Origin: an uncultured Dehalococcoidaceae bacterium
Lineage (GTDB): Bacteria > Chloroflexota > Dehalococcoidia > Dehalococcoidales > RBG-16-60-22
Reading direction: 5' to 3'
Assembly (NCBI GenBank): GCA_964588605.1
Contig: CAZPQB010000004.1
Coordinates: 1,341-65,340, forward strand
DNA length: 64,000 nt
Part shown: in pieces, positions 53,065 to 61,758 of the stretch
How positions within the stretch are numbered: the stretch's first letter is position 1
How the letters are laid out: each line of letters begins with the position of its first letter
Position numbers and translations under genes: made by a program
The notes under the pieces: generated by a model
What the model saw: only the letters and a program-made list of their open reading frames with translations
Told to the model about the DNA's origin: nothing
Databases searched by the model: none

Positions 53065-55026
53065 ATGGAGCCAAAAATTGGTGTCTATGTTTGCCACTGC
53101 GGAGCCAATATCGCCGGCACGGTTGACGTGGTACAGGTCACCGAATACGCTAAAACCCTACCATCAGTGGTGGTGACGCGTGATTATAAATTCATGTGCT
53201 CAGACCCGGGGCAGGACTTAATCAAGAACGATATTAAGGAAATGGGACTGAACCGCGTCGTGGTGGCCTCATGTTCACCCCGACTACACGAGCCTACGTT
53301 CAGGCGTACCATAGCCAGCGCCGGTTTGAATCCTTATCTCTTTGAAATGGCCAATATCCGTGAGCAATGCGCCTGGGTACATCAGGACAGTGAGAAGGCT
53401 ACTCAGAAGGCAAAAGCACTCGTCACTGCTGCCGTAAGACGCGTCTTCTGCCACGAACCACTGGAGACGAAGGAAGTCGCCGTTAATCCATGTACGCTGG
53501 TGGTAGGTGCCGGCATTGCCGGGATACAGGCAACCCTGGAGATAGCAGATTCCGGCCAGAAAGTCTATCTGGTAGAGCGGGAGCCATCAATCGGCGGCAA
53601 TATGGCCCGGCTGGACAAGACCTTCCCCACCTTAGACTGCTCGGCCTGAATACTCACCCCGAAGATGGCCTCGGTGAGGTCACACGAAAACATCGAGCTG
53701 ATGACATACAGTGAGGTGGTGGATGTATCAGGATACGTGGGCAATTTCAAGGTAAAAATAAAAAAGAAGCCGCGCTACGTGGATGAAAATAAATGCACCG
53801 GGTGCGGCACGTGCCAAGAGAAGTGCCCCATGAAAGCGGATAATGAATTTGACTGCGGGCTTGGTACCAGAAAGGCAATCTATACGCCTTTCCCCCAGGC
53901 AGTGCCCAACGTACCGGTTATCGATACAGAGCATTGTACCTATTTCCTTAAAGGCAAGTGCCGTGCCTGCGAGATGTTCTGCGAGGCAAAGGCGATTGAC
54001 TTCGAGCAAAAGGAAAAAACGGTTGAAGTGGATGTGGGCAATATTATTATTGCCAGCGGTTTTGATTCTTTCGACCCCACCGTAATACCCCAGTTCGGCT
54101 ACGGCCAATACGATAACGTTCTTACCGGCATACAGTTTGAGAGAATGAGCAATGCCTCCGGCCCCACAGACGGCCATCTGGTACTCAAGGACGGCTCACC
54201 GCCACGCAGTGTAGCTATCCTGCACTGTATCGGCAGCCGTGATGAGAATTACCATAAATATTGCTCGAGGGTCTGCTGCATGTACTCGCTGAAATTCTCT
54301 CATCTATTGAAAGAGAAGCTGCCCGAGGCGACTGTATACCAGCTATACATCGATATGCGCTGCGCCGGCTCAGGCTACGAAGAGTTCTACGAGCGGATTC
54401 AGGAGGAGGGGGTAAACTTCGTCCGGGGGAAGGCGGGGGAGATTACCAACATCGCCGAAAGCCCTGAAGAAGAGGGCAAGCTGATAGTCATTGTCGAGGA
54501 TACGCTGGTACGCCGCAAACGGCGGCTCCCCGTGGATATGGTAATCCTGAGCTGCGCTTTAGAGCCCCGTGCCGACATTGAGGATGTCGCCAGGCTCTTC
54601 TCACTGAGTCGCAAGGCAGACGGGTTCTTCCTGGAGAAGCACCCGAAGCTTGACCCCGTCGCCACGACGACAGACGGAATTTTCGTCGCCGGCTGCTGTC
54701 AGAGTCCCAAAGACATCCCGGATACGGTAGCTCAGGCATCGGCGGCCGCCGCCAGGGTCCTTGCCATGATAAGTAAGGGCAGCGTGGAAATCGAATCCAC
54801 CATCGCCGTTGTGGATGAGGAGCACTGCGCCGGCTGCAAAATATGTATCGACCTCTGTGCTTATAAGGCTATTACCTTTGATGAAGAGAAAAAGGTCGCC
54901 AGCATTAATGAGGCGCTCTGCAAGGGCTGCGGCACCTGCGTGGCCGCCTGCCCCAGCGGTGCCATCAAGGGTAGACACTTTACCACCGAGCAAATTATAT
55001 CTGAAATCGAGGGGGTGTTAGCATGA
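53065..55026 (+). CDS. hdrA: Heterodisulfide reductase subunit A, selenocysteine-containing (in-frame TGA at 53647-53649)
   Basis: ORF-track pieces 53065..53649 and 53665..55026 share a frame and are separated only by a TGA plus 5 codons. The joined product reads [17 protein letters not shown], and I recall the conserved HdrA motif here as KTFPTNDCSMCIL. Downstream HdrA hallmarks are [11 protein letters not shown] and C-terminal 2x4Fe-4S. A hairpin follows the TGA. Confidence 0.85.
53653..53678 (+). promoter_or_regulatory. SECIS-like hairpin 3 nt downstream of the hdrA UGA
   Basis: CUCACC (53653-53658) pairs with GGUGAG (53673-53678). The upper stem is G-C, A-U, G-C with a CC bulge. The apical AUGG-containing loop lies about 16-20 nt after the UGA. 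Confidence 0.5.
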
Positions 55027-55072
55027 AAAAACATACAAATTTAAGCACAACTGTGCAGAAGGAGGTGTACTA

Positions 55073-56749
55073 ATGCAGTGGGAAGTTGGATTAGCACTAG
55101 GCATAGCCATACCCGTAATCCTTATTCCCGTGGCCTTTGTTCTTTACCTTACTATTTTCGGTCTCCACGCCAATACCAGGGAAGCGCGGGAAAGGAGAGC
55201 AGCAGCTCGCCGGTTGGTGCGTGAGGCGATGCAGATTATCAGGAATAAGCAGGCTGTAGACCGTTCGATACTTGAAGCTTTAGAGGCTGCCGAAGAAGGG
55301 CAGGCTGTCTCTAGAGAGGCGGAAGTTGAAGCAGCATCGCCAATGCGGATAACGCCGATGCCTGTACCCACAACGGAGAAAGCTGAGTTAGTCATCGTGG
55401 GGGGTAGCGCTGCCGGAATTCAGGCAGCGATTACAGCCAAAAGGCTTAACAACAATGTAGGGAAGATAACGGTTATTCGAAAAGAGTCAAAGGTATTGGT
55501 GCCCTGCGGCATTCCTTACATTTTCGGTACTCTGGGCTCGGCGGAGAAGAATCTGATACCTGATAGCGCCATAGGGGATGCCGAGTTAGTAATCGACGAG
55601 GTAACCTCAATCGACAGGATATCGCAGAGGGTTATCACAGCCGGGGGCAGGATCATCGGCTACGATAAGCTCATATTGGCAACCGGTTCTCAACCTGTAG
55701 TACCTCCAATACCAGGTAGAGAGTTGGACAATGTATATACCGTTAAAAAGGATGTGGAGTACCTGCAGGCATTGGACAAATCACTAGCCGAAGCAAAAGA
55801 TGTAGTGGTCATAGGAGGCGGGTTTATCGGGGTAGAATTTGCCGATGAATTACGCAAGCGGGGCTTGAATGTGACCATCGTCGAATTATTGCCGCATTGT
55901 CTCTCCTTAAATTGTGATGAACCGTTCTGCATACGGGTGGAGGAAGAGTTGGCGAAGGCTAACATAAAAGTATTATGTGGAAATGGTGTTAATCAGATTC
56001 TCGGCAATGGTAAGGTCAGTCATGTAGAGTTGTCCAGCGGAGAGCAACTAAAGGCAGACCTGGTCATGATGGCCATCGGCTCGGCACCTAATACTAGATT
56101 GGCGCAAGAGGCAGGCCTTGAGATTGGTGCTACCAAGGGCATTAAAGTAGACCAATATATGAGGACCAGTGACCCCAACATTTTTGCTATAGGGGATTGC
56201 GCCGAGAAATACTCCTTCTTTACCGCCAAGCCGGTCCCGTTACGTTTGGCCTCAATTGCCACAAATGAGGCCAGGATAGCTACGTCCAATCTCTTCAGGC
56301 CCTGCGTGGAGAACAAGGGTGTTATAGGAGTGTTTAGCACCAGAGTTGGAGACGTTGCCGTAGGCGCGGCCGGGCTGACAGAGAAGGCAGCCAGAGAGGC
56401 AGGGTTTGACGTGCTCATCGGTAAGGCGAGTGCTCCAGACAAGCATCCAGGCAGTATGCCCGGTGCCCAGCCGACGCAGGTCAACCTGATATCTGACCGA
56501 AGCAGCGGAAGGATACTGGGAGGCGAAGCATATGGTGGGGTGTCAGTTGGAGAGCTGACAAATGCTCTAGCTGTTCTGGTGGGGAACAAGGCAACGGCTG
56601 AGGATATTCGTTTTTCCCAGATAGGGACACATCCAGCGCTTACTGGTTCTCCCATAGTATATCACATAGTAAATGCAGCCGAGCAAGCAATGGTAGCTTA
56701 CCATGAATCTGTGGCTAAGGAACGTCTAGCTGATAAAACACTCGTCTAA
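55073..56749 (+). CDS. Membrane-anchored FAD-dependent pyridine nucleotide-disulfide oxidoreductase (CoA-disulfide reductase/NADH oxidase-like)
   Basis: 558 aa. Residues 1-33 (MQWEVGLALGIAIPVILIPVAFVLYLTIFGLH) are paralogous to the two MEWQ peptides. An Arg-rich helical linker follows, then LVIVGGSAAGIQAA (FAD), the redox Cys in VLVPCGIPY, VVVIGGGFIGVEFA (NAD(P)H) and a dimerisation domain. Confidence 0.85.
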   Translation: MQWEVGLALGIAIPVILIPVAFVLYLTIFGLHANTREARERRAAARRLVREAMQIIRNKQAVDRSILEALEAAEEGQAVSREAEVEAASPMRITPMPVPTTEKAELVIVGGSAAGIQAAITAKRLNNNVGKITVIRKESKVLVPCGIPYIFGTLGSAEKNLIPDSAIGDAELVIDEVTSIDRISQRVITAGGRIIGYDKLILATGSQPVVPPIPGRELDNVYTVKKDVEYLQALDKSLAEAKDVVVIGGGFIGVEFADELRKRGLNVTIVELLPHCLSLNCDEPFCIRVEEELAKANIKVLCGNGVNQILGNGKVSHVELSSGEQLKADLVMMAIGSAPNTRLAQEAGLEIGATKGIKVDQYMRTSDPNIFAIGDCAEKYSFFTAKPVPLRLASIATNEARIATSNLFRPCVENKGVIGVFSTRVGDVAVGAAGLTEKAAREAGFDVLIGKASAPDKHPGSMPGAQPTQVNLISDRSSGRILGGEAYGGVSVGELTNALAVLVGNKATAEDIRFSQIGTHPALTGSPIVYHIVNAAEQAMVAYHESVAKERLADKTLV

Positions 56750-56823
56750 GGGCAAACGACAAAAACTGTTGATTTATATCATCACTGCAGATTAAATTTT
56801 AGCCGAAATTCAGGGGGTGTAGC

Positions 56824-57246
56824 GTGAGCTTCGAACCAAAGATTGTAGGTATCCTGTGCAACTGGTGCTCATATGCCGGCGCTGACCTTGCCGGCACTTC
56901 GCGGAAGAAGTACGAGCCCAATATCAGAGTGGTACGGGTCATGTGCTCCGGAAGGGTAGACCCTACCTTCATACTGAAAGCATTTGAAAAGGGTGCTGAC
57001 GGCGTCCTGGTCTGCGGCTGACATCTCGGTGAATGTCATTACCTGGATGGTAATAAGAAGACAGCCCGCCGGATACCCTTACTGAAGAAAATGCTCTCTC
57101 AGCTCGGGATTGAAGACGAGCGGGTACGTTTGGAATGGGTCTCGGCATCAGAGGGAGACCGCTTTGCTGCCATCGTTAACGAGATGACGGAACAAATAAG
57201 GCAACTGGGACCTTTCAGTCGTAATGGAGGTAGTGAGAATGGCTAA
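56824..57246 (+). CDS. mvhD: MvhD/FlpD-like 2Fe-2S electron-transfer subunit, selenocysteine-containing (in-frame TGA at 57019-57021)
   Basis: The ORF-track piece 56824..57021 stops at a TGA, and the same frame continues to TAA 57244-57246. The joined 140-aa product reads [21 protein letters not shown]...[12 protein letters not shown], and I recall the MvhD motif here as GADGV.V.GCH.GDCHY. GTG start with an AGGGGG RBS. Confidence 0.8.
57022..57049 (+). promoter_or_regulatory. SECIS-like hairpin immediately downstream of the mvhD UGA
   Basis: 57022-57032 pairs with 57039-57049 (10 pairs including 2 G-U, and one C/U mismatch). The 6-nt loop is AUGUCA. Confidence 0.5.
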
Positions 57247-58201
57247 ACCAAAACTGGCTCTATACTGGGCGGCTTCCTGCGGCGGCTGTGATGTGGCTGT
57301 GCTTGACACCAATGAAAAGATACTGGATATCGCCAACCTGGTCGACATAGTGTTCTGGCCAATCGCCGTAGACTTTAAATACCATCACGTTAAAGCTATG
57401 GAGGACAAGAGCATTGATTTATGCCTCTTCAATGGAGCCGTCAGGAGCACCGAGCAGGAAGAGATTGCCAGACTGCTGCGTGATAAGTCCAAGGTAATGG
57501 TGGCCTTTGGCGCCTGCGCCTGCTTCGGCGGTATACCGGCACTGGCCAATTTCACCAGCCGTGACGAAATATTCCAGCGGGCTTACATAGAAGCACCCTC
57601 TAATGATAATAACGATGGCACTGTACCGCTTACTCAGACCAGGGTACCTGAAGGTGAACTGGAACTGCCCGAACTATTTGACACAGTGCTGACATTGGCG
57701 CAGGTAGTTGATGTGGAATACTTCGTCCCGGGCTGCCCGCCGCCGGTTGACCTTATCCTTAAGCTTGTCAATCTCTTCGCTCAGGGAGAATTACCTCCGG
57801 TGGGGTCGGTGATTGCCTCCGATAAGACGCTTTGTGACGAGTGTGAGCGTAAAAAAGAAGAGAAGAAGATAACCAGGCTTTACCGTCCCCACGAAATTAT
57901 ACCTGACCCTGAGAAATGCCTGCTAGAACAGGGTATAATCTGTTGCGGACCGGCAACACGGGGCGGGTGTGGTCTCCGGTGCATTAACGCCAATATGCCC
58001 TGCCGCGGCTGCTTCGGCCCGCCGCCGGGGGTAGCTGACCAGGGCGCCAAGCTGGTAAGCGCCATCGCGTCTATCTATCAGGGTGAGAGCGAGGAGGAAA
58101 TTAAGAAACTGGTCAACGAAGTGGTTGACCCGGCGGGTACTTTCTATAGATTCGGGCTGGCCGATTCGATGTTGAAGCGAAAACGTCTCCAGAAGAAGTA
58201 A
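57239..58201 (+). CDS. mvhG: [NiFe] hydrogenase small subunit, MvhG-like (group 3)
   Basis: About 320 aa from ATG 57239 (GGAGGTAGTGAG RBS; ATGGCTAA overlaps the mvhD stop). Proximal cluster motif WAASCGGCDVA, then FGACACFGG and C-terminal CCGP...GCGLRC...CRGC clusters. Confidence 0.85.
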   Translation: MAKPKLALYWAASCGGCDVAVLDTNEKILDIANLVDIVFWPIAVDFKYHHVKAMEDKSIDLCLFNGAVRSTEQEEIARLLRDKSKVMVAFGACACFGGIPALANFTSRDEIFQRAYIEAPSNDNNDGTVPLTQTRVPEGELELPELFDTVLTLAQVVDVEYFVPGCPPPVDLILKLVNLFAQGELPPVGSVIASDKTLCDECERKKEEKKITRLYRPHEIIPDPEKCLLEQGIICCGPATRGGCGLRCINANMPCRGCFGPPPGVADQGAKLVSAIASIYQGESEEEIKKLVNEVVDPAGTFYRFGLADSMLKRKRLQKK

Positions 58202-58205
58202 GGTA

Positions 58206-59687
58206 GTGACTAAAATGGAAAAAATCAGTATCGACCCCATAACCAGGCTTGAGGGACACGGCAAGATAGAAATCTTTCTCAATGATGATGGTGACGTGGC
58301 TAATGCTTATCTCCAGATACCGGAGCTTCGCGGATTCGAAAAATTCTGCGAAGGAAGGCCGGTTGAGGAGATGCCCCGGATAACGCCGCGTATCTGTGGC
58401 GTTTGCCCCGGTGCCCACCACATGGCATCCACCAAGGCAACTGATGCCGTCTACCACGTAGACCCACCGCCAGTCGCCAAGAAGCTGAGGGAGCTATTCT
58501 ACTGTGCCCACATGATTCACTCCCATGTTGCTCACTTTTATGCCCTGGCGGCCCCGGACTTTGTCCTGGGACCCACCAGCGATCCCGCCGAGAGGAATAT
58601 CCTAGGTCTGGTAGCCAAGGTTGGCCTTGACATCGGCAGCGAGGTTATAAAGCATCGAGCCTATGCCCAGGATATTCAGGCGGTCATCGGGGGCAAGGCG
58701 ACCCACCCTGTCTGCGGTCTGCCGGGTGGCATGAGCAAGCCAATCACCGAGGAGGAGCGAAAAGACTTCGAGGAGAAAGCCAAATCACTTATAGAGTTTG
58801 GTAAATTAGGCATGAAGTTGTTCGACGACCTGGTGCTGGCTAACAAGGAATACCTGGAGCTGATAACCGGCGATATCTATACCATGAACAGCTACTACAT
58901 GGGTATGGTTGACAGCAATAACAAGGTGAACTTCTACGAGGGTGACCTCCGCGTGGTTGACCCCGATGGCAAGGAGACCGCCAGATTCAAAGCGGCTGAC
59001 TATCTGGACTACATAGCCGAGCACACCGAGCCCTGGTCTTACCTAAAGTTCCCCTTCCTGAAAAAGGTTGGCTGGAAAGGTCTTGTTGACGGCAAAGACA
59101 GCGGCGTTTATCGTGTGAATTCTCTCGCCAGGCTGAATGTGGCTGACGGCGTGGCAACACCTCTGGCTCAGGCTGAGTACGAAAGGATGTATGAGACCCT
59201 GGGCGGCAAGCCGGTGCATGCCACACTTGCCTTCCACTGGGCCAGGCTAATCGAGATATTGTACGCCGCCGAGCGTCTCCTGGAGCTCTGCCAGGATAGC
59301 GAGATAACCAATCCCGACGTCAGGACCATCCCAACGGCCACTCCCGACGAGGGAGTAGGTGTTGTTGAGGCTCCTCGCGGCGTTCTGATTCACCACTATC
59401 AGACCGATGATAAGGGCATTATCGAGAAAGTGAACCTGATTGTGGCCACGGTAATGAATAACCCGGCAATGAATATGTCGGTCAAGAGGGCGGCCCAGGG
59501 TTTGATTAAGAAGGGTCAGGTGGCATCGGAAGGACTGCTGAATATGGTTGAGATGGCATTTCGCGCTTATGACCCGTGCATGGCCTGCGCCACTCATACA
59601 CTGCCCGGACAGATGCCGCTGGAGGTAGTTATCCACGATAGCAAGGGAGATGTAATTGACAGGCTCAGTCAGCACCTGCCCTCCTAA
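58206..59687 (+). CDS. mvhA: [NiFe] hydrogenase large subunit, MvhA-like (Cys type)
   Basis: 493 aa. RLEGHG, the N-terminal Ni ligand motif RICGVCPGAHH, the C-terminal DPCMACATH, and a cleavable extension. Confidence 0.9.
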   Translation: MTKMEKISIDPITRLEGHGKIEIFLNDDGDVANAYLQIPELRGFEKFCEGRPVEEMPRITPRICGVCPGAHHMASTKATDAVYHVDPPPVAKKLRELFYCAHMIHSHVAHFYALAAPDFVLGPTSDPAERNILGLVAKVGLDIGSEVIKHRAYAQDIQAVIGGKATHPVCGLPGGMSKPITEEERKDFEEKAKSLIEFGKLGMKLFDDLVLANKEYLELITGDIYTMNSYYMGMVDSNNKVNFYEGDLRVVDPDGKETARFKAADYLDYIAEHTEPWSYLKFPFLKKVGWKGLVDGKDSGVYRVNSLARLNVADGVATPLAQAEYERMYETLGGKPVHATLAFHWARLIEILYAAERLLELCQDSEITNPDVRTIPTATPDEGVGVVEAPRGVLIHHYQTDDKGIIEKVNLIVATVMNNPAMNMSVKRAAQGLIKKGQVASEGLLNMVEMAFRAYDPCMACATHTLPGQMPLEVVIHDSKGDVIDRLSQHLPS

Positions 59688-59730
59688 CAATCTAAGGTGA
59701 GAGTTACATATACATAAAGAGGATTAGGAA

Positions 59731-60189
59731 ATGAAGACACTGGTTCTGGGACTAGGCAACCCTATTCTCACCGACGATGGTGCAGGTGTCCGGGTTGCCA
59801 ATGAACTGGAACGCAGACTCGACCATGAGGCGACAGTTATGGAGACAAGCCTGGCTGGTCTTGACATACTGGACCTACTGGCTGACTATGACAGGGCTAT
59901 TATCATTGACGCTATTCAGACCGTCGGGGGCAGGCCAGGCCAGATTTACCGGCTTGACCCGGAGGTATTTGATGCCACCCGGCACGCCGCCTCGGTCCAC
60001 GATGTTAATTTCGGTACGGCTCTTAAGCTCGGTAAAAAGCTCGGCTTGGCTTTGCCATCCCGGATTGATATATTCGCTATTGAGGCGGCGGATACAAGCC
60101 GATTCAGTGAAGAATGTACCCCTGAAGTGACAGAGGCGATACTCCTTTGCGTTGAAATGATTGTTGATGAACTGAGAGCCACAGAGTAA
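59731..60189 (+). CDS. Hydrogenase maturation endopeptidase (HycI/HoxW/FrhD family)
   Basis: 152 aa. LVLGLGNPILTDDGAGVRV and IIIDA motifs. Confidence 0.85.
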   Translation: MKTLVLGLGNPILTDDGAGVRVANELERRLDHEATVMETSLAGLDILDLLADYDRAIIIDAIQTVGGRPGQIYRLDPEVFDATRHAASVHDVNFGTALKLGKKLGLALPSRIDIFAIEAADTSRFSEECTPEVTEAILLCVEMIVDELRATE

Positions 60190-60217
60190 AATATATCTAA
60201 ACCACCAGTGAGAAACC

Positions 60218-60946
60218 ATGAATAAAATTACTTTCAAGCCTTTCATCATGCCCCTGCTCCTTGTGTTATGCACCCTGTTTTACTATTTTGGAGAACTGGT
60301 AGACTGGGCGGCGTGGGATACGCTGCGGGCTAATTTCTTTTACGGTGTGCACGATATACACCGCCTCCTCTTTCTGGCGCCAATAATATACGCCGGCTAT
60401 ACCGCCAAGGTTAAAGGAGCGATTATCATCACGCTTGTGAGCTTCATTATCTTCCTGCCCCGCGCCTTTTTCATATCCCCTTTTCCTGACCCTTTACTCA
60501 GGATGATAATTTTTACTGTATTCGCCGGTGTTATTGGCTGCCTCGTTGGCATCATACGAAATCAGGCAGAAAAATCCCGGCAACTGGAGACAGTGATAGC
60601 CGCCGAAAGAGACAAGCTGTTCAGAATCGTAGATGGTATGGCCGACGGCGTCATTATCACCGGCCCCGATTACAGGATACGATTTATGAACTCCAATATA
60701 GTGAAGGATTTTGGCGAGGGTACCGGTTTGACCTGCCACGAACACCTGAAAAAGATTGATACTCCATGCGAGAAGGACTGTAAAATACCGGAAGTCATAA
60801 ACAATGGAGAGATTAGGAACTGGGAATGCCGGTTTCCAGACGGTAGAACCTATGAGATAGTGGCAGCTCCATACGTCGATTCCGACGGTACGGTATGTCA
60901 GATTTCTATATTCAGGAACATCACCAACTACCGTAAAAAAGTCTAG
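60218..60946 (+). CDS. Stand-alone membrane sensor: 4-TM module shared with the three kinases + Cys-containing PAS-like domain, no output domain
   Basis: 242 aa. IHRLLFLAPIIYAGYTAKVKGAIIITLVSFIIFLPRAFFIS matches the kinase N-termini. The PAS-like region is LFRIVDGMADGVIITGPDYRIRFMN...TCHEHL...PCEKDC...WECRF. Confidence 0.65.
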   Translation: MNKITFKPFIMPLLLVLCTLFYYFGELVDWAAWDTLRANFFYGVHDIHRLLFLAPIIYAGYTAKVKGAIIITLVSFIIFLPRAFFISPFPDPLLRMIIFTVFAGVIGCLVGIIRNQAEKSRQLETVIAAERDKLFRIVDGMADGVIITGPDYRIRFMNSNIVKDFGEGTGLTCHEHLKKIDTPCEKDCKIPEVINNGEIRNWECRFPDGRTYEIVAAPYVDSDGTVCQISIFRNITNYRKKV

Positions 60947-61044
60947 CTAGAAATCATCGGCTAATCTGGCTATAATCCATACCAAAACTATTCGGGCTTT
61001 TTGATGTATAATGCAGCGGGAAGAACCCTAACCGGAGCGAAGAC

Positions 61045-61287
61045 ATGGACCCCGAATGGATTTTGAGGATCATCCTTTTCGGTATCGTTCACTGGATTCT
61101 GGCCGGAATTTTAATCCATGATGTGGCCTACCGGAAGAGGGTGTTCGGGGGGCATAAGCCTCCATGGGTGATAGCTATACTGATAATTCCTTGTTTCGGC
61201 TCAATACTGTACCTGCTATTCCATCCTCAAATCCTGAATCCGGGTCATCGACCAGATGAGCATCCCGGTAATAAGAATGAGAAATGA
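61045..61287 (+). CDS. Small membrane protein with PLD-nuclease N-terminal (PLDc_N) like domain
   Basis: 80 aa, two TM helices. W(V/I)IAILIIP.FGSILYLLF matches the remembered PLDc_N pattern. Confidence 0.55.
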   Translation: MDPEWILRIILFGIVHWILAGILIHDVAYRKRVFGGHKPPWVIAILIIPCFGSILYLLFHPQILNPGHRPDEHPGNKNEK

Positions 61288-61406
61288 GATGGTCGTTACT
61301 CTCTCCATGGGGATGGCTTTGGTTACATTTGAAGACGTGCCTTACAAGTCTATCACTGGTATAAAAAGTATTATGTAAAGCTCTGCGCCGTACCATATAA
61401 TTCTGA

Positions 61407-61748
61407 CTAGATGCTGTTAAACCACTTCTCTTTGAACGTTTCCATATATTCGTCATAAGGATAGGTACGGGCCACATCATCCTTCCTGAAGCTATACTTG
61501 TAGCCAGCACAGTAGTCCAGAAGTAGCTTATATGCCCAGTTCAATCTTTTCATAGTTTCGCTTTCGGCCTGGTCTTTGTCGACAACCTTATCAGGATGAT
61601 GCCGTTTCGCCATATGCCGGTAGGCACTCTTTATCTCCTTGAGAGTAGCTGCCTCGCCAAGTCCCAGTAGCTTTCTTGCCTCTTCTATCTCGCTGAATTT
61701 CGCCATGTTCCCTGTCCTCGACCAGAGTAATACCTCAACATACCTCAC
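61407..61748 (-). CDS. J-domain (DnaJ-like) protein
   Basis: 113 aa. LKEIKSAYRHMAKRHHPDK contains the HPD tripeptide. There is no Zn-finger or C-terminal DnaJ domain. Confidence 0.75.
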   Translation of the reverse strand: MRYVEVLLWSRTGNMAKFSEIEEARKLLGLGEAATLKEIKSAYRHMAKRHHPDKVVDKDQAESETMKRLNWAYKLLLDYCAGYKYSFRKDDVARTYPYDEYMETFKEKWFNSI

Positions 61749-61758
61749 CAGCTATGCT

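Noticed and set aside
53065-55026. hdrA as a disrupted pseudogene or two separate genes (194 aa + 453 aa)
   Set aside because: Both pieces share a frame. The single TGA falls at the Cys position of my recalled HdrA motif and is followed by a SECIS-like hairpin. A second TGA in mvhD behaves the same way. Selenocysteine read-through is the simpler explanation.
56824-57021. Stand-alone 65-aa protein
   Set aside because: It is the N-terminal half of MvhD. The frame continues past TGA 57019-57021 for 74 more codons with clear MvhD similarity, ending at TAA 57244-57246.
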